A DNA stretch of 61,148 nucleotides, counting the filler. It is 7 parts of 7 records of this genome, joined end to end, with 100 filler letters (N's around TTAATTAATTAA, not from the genome) between each part and the next. Parts side by side here need not be neighbours in the genome. Positions count along the whole stretch, not along the records: positions 14,741 to 28,500 come from SRR31147125_28113; positions 28,601 to 33,926 come from SRR31147125_28137; 5 more parts are not named here. One strand, given 5' to 3'. Below are positions 18,099 through 30,488 of this stretch, piece after piece. The first letter of the stretch is position 1, and each line of letters starts with the position of its first letter. A program made the translations under genes and the position numbers. The notes below the pieces were generated by a model. That model was not told the DNA's origin. It was given only the letters and a program-made list of their open reading frames with translations, and did no database searches.

Positions 18099-18785
18099 TC
18101 AGACTGCCAACTGGCTCTTCCCGTATCCCACCGGATGCTCCAGCAACACATACTGGCCATCCTTTAGCTTGAGCACCTCTCTGATCTTTTCCCTGTCCAT
18201 GGAAGCACGGGGCCGTGTTTTCAGACCGGTCGCGGCGCAAAACAGGGAAATGTTTTGCGATATAATTCCCGCATCGATGGCACCCCACTCATAGCGCAAT
18301 TCCTGCGATCCACTACGGAAACGCCCGGAATCAGATATCAAAATAATCTCAACCGGTGGTGTGGCCGGGGTTGGTTTCGCCGCGTCTGCCGGCCTGGACT
18401 TTATTATCTGCGACCGCAAATCCCCGCTCAGCACCGGGTCCAACTCATGGTTTAAGAAATCATATATATAAACCCCTTGTTGCATAAAAACATAAATATC
18501 CACATCATGTGCATTGAGAGCTGATGACGCAGTGGTCTTTTTCTCTTCAGGACGGTTCAATCCGTTGGCTGCCCACAGCAAATCCGACAGATCCTGCAGA
18601 CTCAATTCCTTTTCCGACCACTCTTTCGCCGACGCCTTGACCGACAGGGTTTGCATAAACGGCAGTCCCCGTTTTAAATCCGGCTGGTTCAGCTTGATGC
18701 CCTTTAGCTCCTGTGCCGAAGAAAAACCAAACACGAAAAAAATACAAACAACCATAGCCAAAAGCCGATAAAAACGTTTTTTCAT
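18099..18785 (-). CDS. Nitroreductase (SagB/ThcOx-like) family protein with signal peptide
   Basis: Signal-peptide-like 'MKKRFYRLLAMVVCIFFVFGFSSA'; 'LSDLLWAANG.NRP', 'IDAGIISQNISLFCAATGL', 'HPVGY'. Confidence 0.8.
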   Translation of the reverse strand: MKKRFYRLLAMVVCIFFVFGFSSAQELKGIKLNQPDLKRGLPFMQTLSVKASAKEWSEKELSLQDLSDLLWAANGLNRPEEKKTTASSALNAHDVDIYVFMQQGVYIYDFLNHELDPVLSGDLRSQIIKSRPADAAKPTPATPPVEIILISDSGRFRSGSQELRYEWGAIDAGIISQNISLFCAATGLKTRPRASMDREKIREVLKLKDGQYVLLEHPVGYGKSQLAV

Positions 18786-19216
18786 AAGAACCTCACCTTT
18801 TAAAATGAAACAACCAACACGAATCAGACTTTGCATGAATTTAATACAATAATGTTAAAGATGTCAATAAAAAAGGTGGAGGAAAAATGGAGGAATCTGT
18901 GAAGGGACACAAAAGACATCGAATTCTATATACCACAACCAGGAAGTGTATTGTCAAAATGAGCTGGACTGGCGACTGCCGCTTGTAAACAGGGTGTCCT
19001 TGCGAAGGTTTTTTACAAAATGCGGATTTAGCGTGACCAATATGGCGTGGTCATGAGCATAATAAACACGGTTCTGGGTTTTGGGGAGGTTGGGGGGACA
19101 TTAACAAAATTCTGCCAGCCCTTACTCCTATCGCATTGGGAATACTCCCGGTGTGCAATTATCTGGGGCAGTCGTCTACTAAATAAAACATGCAAATTGC
19201 TCCCTATTATTCACCT

Positions 19217-20305
19217 TCAAAACCCCTGCGGCACCAACCCAAGTTGATTAATGCTGGCATTCACATACTCCAGTTTTTCATGCACCTGCAATATCTCTTC
19301 ATAATCCCAGTATTTTAGCTTTTCGTTGAGATCTTTAAGGGCTTTAACATGCTTTTTAATTTTATCCAATTGCGCCTGATCTGATACGGCAACGACACCT
19401 TGTACCGCAGGATTATTTAAAGATTTTAACAAATTGATAATCAAACAATCAATACTCCCCTTTGTTTGCACCTCAAATACATAGATCACTCGTCCCATAT
19501 TACCAATTGTTGCTTCCCACGTAGCGTCAACAATAGAGCCTTCCGACACTTTTTGTTCTATATTGGCCGTAAATCCCAGCCATTGTCCGATATCCCGCAA
19601 CTTGTCACGAACGTCATTATGCATAAACTCTGAGACTTCCTCAGGCTTTATTACATTATCAATCGCTTCTTTTTCCTTTTTATCATACGCATTGACTAAT
19701 TTATCCTCAACCTGTAGTTCTTCCCAAATAAAATAATCAACAGCTAATAGTGTTGTGTCTTTAAATCCGGCATTTTCCATGACCTTACCAATTTCTATGC
19801 TGATGTCACAGAGATGCTTATAAACCTTACCGGTCAACTGATAATCGTATATGGGCAATCCTTCAACCTTTAAATAATTCAATCCAATAAAAGCACGGCG
19901 ATTCCACAATATATAATCATTCGGATGTGTCTTGCACAAAATTTCGCTGATCATTGCAGGGCCCATGCCTTTAATATCCTTGCGAAATGCATCCCATCGT
20001 TCACAAATGTCCTGCTTTCCCCAGACTAATTCAGCCAGTGCCTGGCGAAAATGATTCAATCCATTTTTCTCAATGAGTTTGTTCACCACATAACTCTTGT
20101 TTCCCCATATCAGCATAGCCCATAATTTGGAAATATAATCATACACATCCTGTTCGGACATTTTGAGAATTTTATTTTTTGTAAAGGATTGATAATAATC
20201 GGTGAGTTCCAGGCGTTCCCGGATATTTTCCTGAAATTGTTCTTTGTTTTCTTTAGAAGCTTTGATAAAGTGATCAATATGCTCTTTGAGCAAATTTTTA
20301 TTCAT
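19217..20305 (-). CDS. Hypothetical protein: HhH-like helical N-domain plus C-terminal PD-(D/E)xK-like nuclease domain
   Basis: 'IKGMGPAMISEIL...P..Y..WN...VDYFIW' then 'H.......IG..LGF....E......VDATW...VFEVQ'; starts 19 nt after the hsdR stop. Confidence 0.5.
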   Translation of the reverse strand: MNKNLLKEHIDHFIKASKENKEQFQENIRERLELTDYYQSFTKNKILKMSEQDVYDYISKLWAMLIWGNKSYVVNKLIEKNGLNHFRQALAELVWGKQDICERWDAFRKDIKGMGPAMISEILCKTHPNDYILWNRRAFIGLNYLKVEGLPIYDYQLTGKVYKHLCDISIEIGKVMENAGFKDTTLLAVDYFIWEELQVEDKLVNAYDKKEKEAIDNVIKPEEVSEFMHNDVRDKLRDIGQWLGFTANIEQKVSEGSIVDATWEATIGNMGRVIYVFEVQTKGSIDCLIINLLKSLNNPAVQGVVAVSDQAQLDKIKKHVKALKDLNEKLKYWDYEEILQVHEKLEYVNASINQLGLVPQGF

Positions 20306-20324
20306 AAAAAGAATACCTTTCTTT

Positions 20325-23312
20325 TTACTTGTTAATTTTGCGATATACCTCCATTAACATCCATTGAAAAACCACATCCTGAAATTCTTTATTATCCATG
20401 ATTTTTGTAAAAATATCCTGATTCTGATCCATTCGATCGATGAGTTTGTTGATGAAAACATCTTTGAAACCATATTTGAAATTATCAATTGTATTTGATT
20501 TGGCCTGTTTCGACAAGGTTTCATCTTCAATACAGTCTTCAACAATTTGGTCAAAAAACAATCTATCCGCTTCTGTAAAATCTGTGGCAAATCGTTCATT
20601 GAGCACAGCAATAATTTCAGATAGAAAGGCTTTTTCCTCTTTTCCCTTTCGGATACCTGCTTCCCGGGTTGTGCTCATTTCCCCGTCTGAATTTTCTTGC
20701 AGAGAAATATTTATGTTCTCGTTTATTTTTTGCAAACGATAATATTCCAGCGACACTTCATCGTCCAGTTTTAATCGTTCCTGTACACCCGTTTTGGGCA
20801 ATTTATTATTGAGCAGTTTTCCATAGGCATAAAACTTTTCAAGTTCCATATCCTGAAATGGCATCACCTGTGCTAAAAAAGAATACAGGCGTAAAAAGAC
20901 CGTTAATGTGTGTTTAAAATTCTCCTTGTCCTCTTCCTTTTCGATGGCTCTAAATCGTTGCACGGCCGGTTCGACACAAGCATACAATGCCCCATGATCT
21001 TTGGTGGTTCTTTTTTCCTTTGGCTTAAAAAACACCTCGCATAACTGATCGATCTCTGACTGCCAGTATATTTGTGCTTCATCCAGCTGATGTTTTAGAT
21101 CATATAAATGATTTGGATCTGTGTCCTCCGTGAGGATGGTCTGTTCATAATAGGGTTGGAACGCAGCCTGGATCTCTTCGGTCTCATTAACAAAATCCAG
21201 AATAAAGGTGTCCTCCTTGCCTGGAAAAGTCCTGTTTAATCGTGACAGTGTTTGAACAGCCTTGATACCGGATAATTTTTTATCCACATACATGGTATGA
21301 AGTAATGGCTGGTCAAATCCCGTTTGATATTTTTCAGCTACCAGCAATAGATTATATTCATTTGATCCAAACTTTTCCGGGACTTGACGTTCTTTTATTT
21401 TATTAATTCCTTGCTCGGTAAAGCAATTCCCGTATTCATCCGAAACCTTGCCGGAAAAGGCAACCAGTAGCTTGATATCTTTATACTGTTTTTCCTTTAT
21501 GTATTTTTGAAACTCGTGCCAATATCGAACAACATGGGCTCGTGAAGATGTTACAACCATGGCTTTGGCTTTTTCACCGATTTTTTTCATGGTAACATGC
21601 CGAAAGTGTTCGATAATCACTTCTGTCTTTTGAGATAAATTATGTGGATGTAATGAGACAAACCTGGCAATGGCTCTGTTGGCTTTCTTTTTGTTAAATT
21701 GGGGATCTTTTTCAATGGCTTTGTTGAGTTTGAAAAAAGTCTTGTATGTTGTATAATTTTTCAGAACATCCAGAATAAATCCTTCTTCAATAGCCTGACG
21801 CATGGAATATAAATGAAAAGGTTTATAATGATCGGTCTTTTCATCATGGATCCCAAAAAAACGAAGCGTTTTTGCTTTTGGTGTGGCAGTAAAACCAAAA
21901 TAGCTCAAATTATCATGTGGACCTCGTGCTTTCATGGTTTTCAGGATTACCTCTTCCACATCTTTCTTTTTACCAAATTTTTCTTTTTTGTCTTTAACCT
22001 TTGAGCTTTTTGACATGTCAATGACTGTCAACGCCTCCTTCATTTTGGTAGTGGATTGCCCTCCCTGGGAGCTGTGCGCCTCATCAACAATGATGGCATA
22101 ATTGCGTTGCGGAAGTAAACCAATTTTGTCAATCACATAGGGAAATTTTTGCAACGTGGTAATAATAATATTGATACCCGTGGCAAGGGCATCTGCTAAT
22201 TGCGTTGAATTTTCATCAATTTTTTGCACAACGCCCTGTTTGTGTTCAAACTGATAAATGGTGTTTTGCAATTGTTGATCCAGCACAAGACGATCTGTTA
22301 CAACAATGACGGAATCAAAAATGCGTTCATCTCTGGCATTATGCAGATTCGATAATCGATACGCCAGCCAGGCAATGGAATTACTTTTTCCGCTGCCAGC
22401 GGAATGTTCTATCAGATAATTTTTGCCAGGTCCGTTTTTCCTCACATCCGCGGCCAGTTCTCGCACAACATCCAATTGATGATAACGGGGGAAGATAAGG
22501 CTTTCCTTTTTGACAAAGGTACCATCTATTTTGATTTCTTCAATCTGTAAATGTAAAAATCGTCCAAGAATATCCAGCCACGATTCTTTCGCCCATACAT
22601 ACTCCCACAGATAAAACGTTTTGTGTTTTCCTTTTACTGGTGGATTACCGGCACCGCGATTATAGCCTTTATTAAATAGAAGATATGTTGTCTTGCCCTT
22701 CAAAAGCTTTGTTGTCATGTAAACCTGATCCGGATCCACGGCAAAATGCACCAGCGCCCGTTTCTTAAACTGAAACAACAGTTCCCTCGGATCACGGTCA
22801 TGGATATATTGCTTTTTGGCGTGTTCTACCGTTTGTCTGGTAAAGGGATTTTTAAGCTCAACGGTCGCAACAGGTAATCCGTTCAAACTCAGCAACATAT
22901 CTATGGAATGCTCACTTTTGACGCTATAATGTACCTGCCGGGTAATACCAGGGATATTTTTATCATATAGCTTTTGTGTATCCGGATTCATTCCACTTGC
23001 CGGTTTAAAATAGGCCATTTTAAACCGCACTCCAAAATCGACAAAACCATGTCGCAGCACATCCAGCATACCGCGCTTGTCAAGTTCCTTAACAAGACGC
23101 TGTAATAGTTTTGTCTCCATCGCTGATCCATGGATACTTGCCAGTTTACTCCATTCATCTGGCTGTGAATCTTTTAAAAATTGGATAACTGTAGTTGGAA
23201 AGAAGGCGAGTTCCCGGTCATATTCCGTCGCGTTTAATTTTGTGTACTCCCCATGCTCTAAAAGATGTTGCTCAATGGCTTCTTCAAATGCCTTTTCATC
23301 ATGAATATTCAC
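20325..23312 (-). CDS. hsdR: Type I restriction enzyme R subunit
   Basis: Nuclease motif 'IDMLLSLNGLPVATVELKN', 'HSAGSGKS', 'IIVDEAHS', 'FTATP', 'TGFDQP', 'QTLSRLNR'. Confidence 0.95.
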   Translation of the reverse strand: MNIHDEKAFEEAIEQHLLEHGEYTKLNATEYDRELAFFPTTVIQFLKDSQPDEWSKLASIHGSAMETKLLQRLVKELDKRGMLDVLRHGFVDFGVRFKMAYFKPASGMNPDTQKLYDKNIPGITRQVHYSVKSEHSIDMLLSLNGLPVATVELKNPFTRQTVEHAKKQYIHDRDPRELLFQFKKRALVHFAVDPDQVYMTTKLLKGKTTYLLFNKGYNRGAGNPPVKGKHKTFYLWEYVWAKESWLDILGRFLHLQIEEIKIDGTFVKKESLIFPRYHQLDVVRELAADVRKNGPGKNYLIEHSAGSGKSNSIAWLAYRLSNLHNARDERIFDSVIVVTDRLVLDQQLQNTIYQFEHKQGVVQKIDENSTQLADALATGINIIITTLQKFPYVIDKIGLLPQRNYAIIVDEAHSSQGGQSTTKMKEALTVIDMSKSSKVKDKKEKFGKKKDVEEVILKTMKARGPHDNLSYFGFTATPKAKTLRFFGIHDEKTDHYKPFHLYSMRQAIEEGFILDVLKNYTTYKTFFKLNKAIEKDPQFNKKKANRAIARFVSLHPHNLSQKTEVIIEHFRHVTMKKIGEKAKAMVVTSSRAHVVRYWHEFQKYIKEKQYKDIKLLVAFSGKVSDEYGNCFTEQGINKIKERQVPEKFGSNEYNLLLVAEKYQTGFDQPLLHTMYVDKKLSGIKAVQTLSRLNRTFPGKEDTFILDFVNETEEIQAAFQPYYEQTILTEDTDPNHLYDLKHQLDEAQIYWQSEIDQLCEVFFKPKEKRTTKDHGALYACVEPAVQRFRAIEKEEDKENFKHTLTVFLRLYSFLAQVMPFQDMELEKFYAYGKLLNNKLPKTGVQERLKLDDEVSLEYYRLQKINENINISLQENSDGEMSTTREAGIRKGKEEKAFLSEIIAVLNERFATDFTEADRLFFDQIVEDCIEDETLSKQAKSNTIDNFKYGFKDVFINKLIDRMDQNQDIFTKIMDNKEFQDVVFQWMLMEVYRKINK

Positions 23313-23322
23313 CTTTTACCCC

Positions 23323-23778
23323 TTAATCGGTTTCTGATTCATTTTCCTCGCTGATTCTGTTCAGGATTTCCAGTTTAAGCGCTTCTGAAAAATCATTTTC
23401 ATGGATTATGGACGTCATTATTTCAAGCAGCAATTCCTTGTCTATTCGTCCGGCTGCAAGATGATAACTGATATTTTCCATTTCTCTGACAAAACGTGAA
23501 ATACAATACAGATATCCGTTTAAATTCAGAAATTGAATGCCCAGAGCAATGGCAATCCGTTTATTACCATCCTGAAAACAGTGAAACTTGTTGCTACAGA
23601 AAAAAAGATGTGTTAATTTTTCTTCAAAAGTCGGATAATAGTCATCATTTTTAATATGTTCTAACGCACTCTCCAGATAATCGGTGTTGAGCTCACCCTG
23701 CTCACCGCCACCACTGATCTCAACAGTATTCGCGTGGATGTGCCGCGCCATATCCATATCGATATAGAGCGTTTTCAT
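23323..23778 (-). CDS. Fic/Doc family protein (Doc-type toxin)
   Basis: Motif 'HCFQDGNKR'. Confidence 0.9.
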   Translation of the reverse strand: MKTLYIDMDMARHIHANTVEISGGGEQGELNTDYLESALEHIKNDDYYPTFEEKLTHLFFCSNKFHCFQDGNKRIAIALGIQFLNLNGYLYCISRFVREMENISYHLAAGRIDKELLLEIMTSIIHENDFSEALKLEILNRISEENESETD

Positions 23779-24793
23779 TTACGATCCTTTAGTCGCTTGA
23801 ATACATCACGCGCTTCTTCCAGTCGCTCCTCAAGTGATCTGCTCTTGTCTCCGAGAAACCTTTCGAAATCGGCAGGATCGATAGCGCTAATATAATCTTT
23901 CAGGTTTTCGTGCAAAGCATCCCGAAAGCCGAGATCCCGGCTGGCCATTTTGTTGCGGGCTTTTTCACGCATGGGCTCCCACAAAGGATGACTCTCAAAC
24001 AATTCAAACAATCGATCCACTTCCCACGGCAGTAACCTGGCCTCTTTTTTTCACTTTTTCGGCGTAATTCATCTGCAAATCCATTCTCATACATGGCGAT
24101 CAGATCAAGAATCTCACTGTACATTGTCTCCCGAACCCGTTCTGATGCTTTTAACCTGAGCACCTGGCGGTATTCATCGGCATTTTCTTTAAAAATACTG
24201 CGATAAATGCGGTTAGTATAAATGGCATATTTGGCATTTCCCATGTCCACATAATTCCGCAATGCATCGGTAAATGTTTTGCGATAAACCTCACCCTTGA
24301 GCAAATTGACAACAAAATCTTCATCACGTTGATTGATATACCTGGTGCCACCACCTGTGCGTTGATTTATGGTATCCAGGACAATATCCAGGATAATACC
24401 TCGCATAATTCGCGCTTTATCACTTTCAACCATTAACATGGCCAAATTGAGAAAAGCGCGAAAATTGAACACACCAAGCTGAGTTATTTTGCTACCGACA
24501 TTCATGTCGGTAACACGCTGTTCTTCGGCAGCTAAAATAAAGTTTTTCAGGGCTTTGCCGCGTAAAACCGTATAGCCGTTTTGGACCAACTCCTGATCGT
24601 ACTTTGCCAGATACCGCTCTATTGTTCGTGTATCTACTTCAAAAAAACGGCTGACTTGATTTTTCACAACCCAATATTGATCTTCATAAAAGACACCGCG
24701 AATTTCCGCTGCTTTTTGGATCTCTTCCACGGCAAAGCGGTTATTCAAAATATTCTGCCGGTCTACAGCCGAATTTGTCAAATCTTTTTTCAT
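23775..24793 (-). CDS. Putative DNA-binding protein paired with Doc (frameshift near 24030)
   Basis: HTH-like 'VSRFFEVDTRTIERYL', 'FNFRAFLNLAMLMVES'; C-terminus continues in ORF 23775..24020; ATGA overlaps with hsdS and doc. Confidence 0.65.
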
Positions 24794-26127
24794 GCGATCA
24801 CCTTTTCCCGCACGTCGATTTTTCCGGTTACCACTTCACTGATGAGTGCTATGCGGTATTCTTGTAAAAGTTGGATTTCTTTTTTAATTTTAAAAACTGC
24901 TTTTTCGATCTTTTCAGTTTCATTTGAAAGAAATCTTATAATATTTTTTTGTTCTACCTTTGATGGTAATAAAATTTGGAATAATTTAATTTGCTCGAAA
25001 TTCAATCCTTCTCTGGAAATACCCTTTTGTCCATTAAATATTTGGAATTGGCCTTTCTCAGATGAGAGAAAAGCATTTAGAAATCTCTTGTCTATTTTAT
25101 TATTTGGTCTTAAAATACAAACATGTTGATTTACATTCGCTTCAGAAAAATTATCTGAAACATAAGCACATCTTCCTATTGATGCACCGGTTATATTTAA
25201 AAGAACATCGTTGTCGCCTACCTTACTTGTGCTCATTGAGGTATGTATTTCCTCAGAAATATAAGCTACATCTTCCAATCTTATTCCACTAAAATGAATG
25301 TTTTGACTTCTTAGAAAAGGAATTCCTTCATTTTGATAAACTGCTGCTCCGCCTTTTGGTGTTATTCCGCTACCAATTTTGGTTGTCACATACTTCAACT
25401 TTTTCACCTCCCAATGTGCTGGAATCTCACCCAGCCACTCGATACCCGAATCTTTCATGCGAACATCCGGGTTCAAGCCTTTTGTCACAGCCTGGTTGAT
25501 GACCGCGGCACGCTCTTCCTGCAGGAGATTTATCATGCGTTGTTTTTTGGCGATCAGGTCATCGATTTGGGCGGTTCTGTAGTCGAGATAGTTAGTAATC
25601 ATCTCTTGTTCCCGAATGCTTGGAACAGGTATAAAAATATTATTGTATTTATCAGCTCCAATATTTTGAATAGTTGCTTGAATGAATATACTATTTTTCC
25701 AATTCTCATAATTATTTGATTGTGTGAAATAATATAGAAAATCAGATGATAATACATTAGGTGATGGACTTGCTTTAATTAAATAACCTGCAAAACATGC
25801 TTGACCATTATTGCTTTTATATTGGAATGTTTTACCAACGGTAGCTCCACTTCTAGCAAAAAGTATGTCACCATTTTTTAAAATGTAATCTTTTGCTTTT
25901 TCAAATGGTAATGATTTGAAAGTTTCCTTTCGCAATTTACCATTCTCATTAAAATCACTAATTCTTAAATAACGGGGTAAATTTTTATCTTCCAAAATGG
26001 CGCTCTCATTTGCTCCATATTTTAAATTTTCTCTTACCAAATATTTCAGTTTCTGAGTATCCCATTGATCAGGAATTTCCCCAATCCATTCAACTCCCGA
26101 ATCTTTATAAGCCGGATATTGTTTCAT
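24790..26127 (-). CDS. hsdS: Type I R-M specificity subunit
   Basis: Two 'KDSG(V/I)EW(I/L)GEIP..W' conserved repeats, two TRDs, C-terminal 'LISEVVTGKIDVR'. Confidence 0.95.
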   Translation of the reverse strand: MKQYPAYKDSGVEWIGEIPDQWDTQKLKYLVRENLKYGANESAILEDKNLPRYLRISDFNENGKLRKETFKSLPFEKAKDYILKNGDILFARSGATVGKTFQYKSNNGQACFAGYLIKASPSPNVLSSDFLYYFTQSNNYENWKNSIFIQATIQNIGADKYNNIFIPVPSIREQEMITNYLDYRTAQIDDLIAKKQRMINLLQEERAAVINQAVTKGLNPDVRMKDSGIEWLGEIPAHWEVKKLKYVTTKIGSGITPKGGAAVYQNEGIPFLRSQNIHFSGIRLEDVAYISEEIHTSMSTSKVGDNDVLLNITGASIGRCAYVSDNFSEANVNQHVCILRPNNKIDKRFLNAFLSSEKGQFQIFNGQKGISREGLNFEQIKLFQILLPSKVEQKNIIRFLSNETEKIEKAVFKIKKEIQLLQEYRIALISEVVTGKIDVREKVIA

Positions 26128-28128
26128 GCCTCAAGCACCTCATCAATCAAACCTTCTGTTTCCCGTTCCAGTGCCAGAATATCTGCCCGAATCTCAGCAA
26201 GGCTTCGTAGTGGTTTATATGTGTAAAAGTACTTTGTAAAATTGATTTCATAGCCCGTCACTGTTTTATCCTCATCAATCCAGGCATCAGGTACATGCGG
26301 TAGCACTTCACGCTCAAAATAGGTTTGTATATCCTCTTTTAGAGGAACGTTCTCATAGTCTCGAAGCTGACTGTCCGCTTCCGGTTTACCCTTTGCGTCT
26401 GTGCATATATCAGCTGTTTCATCGCGTTCGCTCAGGGCATTTAATATGGCTTTTTTAGGGGTGCTGATGAGGATATGCCTCGGGATTTGGCTGTATTTTC
26501 CAGGTCCCTGATAAAATTATTTCTGTTTTTATAAAGTTTCGACGCATCCAGAGTACGGAGCATTGCGAGCACATCTTTTTGCAGCTTTTCACCCGTTTCT
26601 TTTTCCTGCAGACCAGCCTGACCTTTCTTTTTGCTTTTTGCCAGATTAACATAGGCTGTTTCGCTTTTTAACAGCTCAACGCGTTCTTCTGAGGTCTGAA
26701 AATTTAATCGCAGCGGCCGTTCCACTGTGATGCGCTGGTAACCGAAATCCATGTTATCAAAAATTTTACAATACTCATTTTCTGTAAAATCCCCGTAAAT
26801 ATTGGTTATCTCTTCAATATGCGCTGTACTCATTTCATTGCGCTTGTTGCCCATACTACGACTCATTTTTTCAAAAAAGGATGTGGCATTAACAAGCTGT
26901 ATTTTCCCTTTTCGTTCTTTTGTTTTTCGATTGGTTACAATCCATATATAGGTGTAAATACCCGTGTTGTAAAACAGTTGATCCGGCATCGCCACAATGG
27001 CTTCCAGAAGATCATTTTCAATTATCCAATTACGAATATTACTCTCACCGCTGCCAGCCCCACCTGAAAACAACGGTGAACCATTAAACACAATGCCCAA
27101 ACGTGAACCACCGTTGGCCGGTGTCATTTTTGATATCATGTGTAGTAAAAACAAAAAGACCCATCACTAATACGCGGCAAACCGGCGCCAAACCGGCCAC
27201 CGTAACCCAGCTTGTTGTGCTCGTCCTTTACGTTCTTTTCAATCTTGCGCCATTCCACACCAAAGGGTGGATTGGAGAGCATATAATCAAATTTTACATT
27301 TTTTAATCCGTCACCTGTAAAGGAATTGCCAAACTTGATGTTGGTTACAACTTCGCCCTTGATCAGCATATCTGCTTTACAGATCGCATAAGACTCCGGA
27401 TTTATTTCCTGACCGAACAAACGCAGACTGGCATCCGGATTCAAATCCCGTAGATACTCTTCGGAAACAGATAACATGCCTCCGGTCCCACAAGCCGGAT
27501 CGTACATGGTTTTCACAATTCCCGGTTTTGTTAATATTTCTTTATCCTTCAGGAAAAGCAGATTGACCATTAATCGAATGACTTCACGCGGGGTAAAATG
27601 TTCTCCAGCTGTTTCGTTTGAGGCTTCCGAGAATTTGCGTATGAGTTCTTCAAAAATGTAACCCATCTCTATGTTACTGACCTTTTTGGGATGGAGATCT
27701 ATTTTGCAAAATTCCTGGACAATGAGAAAAAGCAAATTTGACTCATCCAAACGATGAATATGATCATTAAAATTAAAATAATTAATAATTTCACGAGCAT
27801 TGGCAGAAAATCCATTAATATAATTCTTGAAATTAGCAGCAATATTGTCAGGATCCCCTTTGAGTTTGTCAAAATCATATAAACTGCGATTATGAAATTT
27901 GAGTCCGGCCTTTTTATTCAAAACCGGATCGATATTCTGCAAATTCATATGTCCCAGTTGGGGTAGGTAATCAAGAACCTTTTGTTTCGTTGGCGCTAAA
28001 ACGCAATCCAACCGCCGCAATACAGTCATAGGTAATATCACTTTACCATAATCAGCCTGTTTATAATCACCTCTGAGTAAATCAGCAATGTTCCATATAA
28101 AATTAGCATGGTCCCGAACGTTGAGCAT
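26124..28128 (-). CDS. hsdM: Type I R-M N6-adenine methyltransferase (apparent frameshifts near 27150 and 26450)
   Basis: 'FIWNIADLLRG', 'GEHFTPRE', 'YDPACGTGG', 'NPPFG', 'FNGSPLF', C-terminal 'GYEINFTKYFY'. Confidence 0.93.
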
Positions 28129-28424
28129 ATTAAATCATCCTTGTATCGAGTTCTGTATGTGCTCTAGTGATAGAAATAGAAATATTATATAATGTAACAA
28201 AATAATTTTTCAATACTATGAAAAATAAGTGATTTTTGCGCGGAAAAAAATATAGTTTGCGATACACCCCGGGAAAATCGAAAGAGGAGATACATTATTA
28301 ATACCTCCATTTTTCTGTTACTGTTACAAGTTCCTCTTTTTATCCCCGCTTTGTTATATATAAATACAGGCAATACCTGCATTTTGCATGATTTTTTTCA
28401 TTCAACAATAAATTGTTTGGGGGA

Positions 28425-28475
28425 ACATAGTGCTCGCGAACAACCTTCCGAAGGGGGTGTGTGAAAGCACTATGT
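28425..28475. repeat. Long hairpin near contig end
   Basis: ACATAGTGCT...AGCACTATGT 10-bp outer stem; inner CCTTC-cgaa-GGGGG stem. Confidence 0.5.
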
Positions 28476-28500
28476 CGGTTTAGCAGCATGGTGTGGACAT

Positions 28501-28600
28501 NNNNNNNNNNNNNNNNNNNNNNNNNNNNNNNNNNNNNNNNNNNNTTAATTAATTAANNNNNNNNNNNNNNNNNNNNNNNNNNNNNNNNNNNNNNNNNNNN
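28501..28600. other. Artificial contig linker
   Basis: N44-TTAATTAATTAA-N44. Confidence 0.98.
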
Positions 28601-30454
<1,854 letters not shown>

Positions 30455-30488
30455 TTATCCTATAAAAAATCTAAACCATGATATGGTT

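Noticed and set aside
18099-18785. SagB-like protein as part of a RiPP (azole) biosynthetic cluster
   Set aside because: No YcaO, precursor peptide or transporter nearby; it is a stand-alone exported nitroreductase-fold protein
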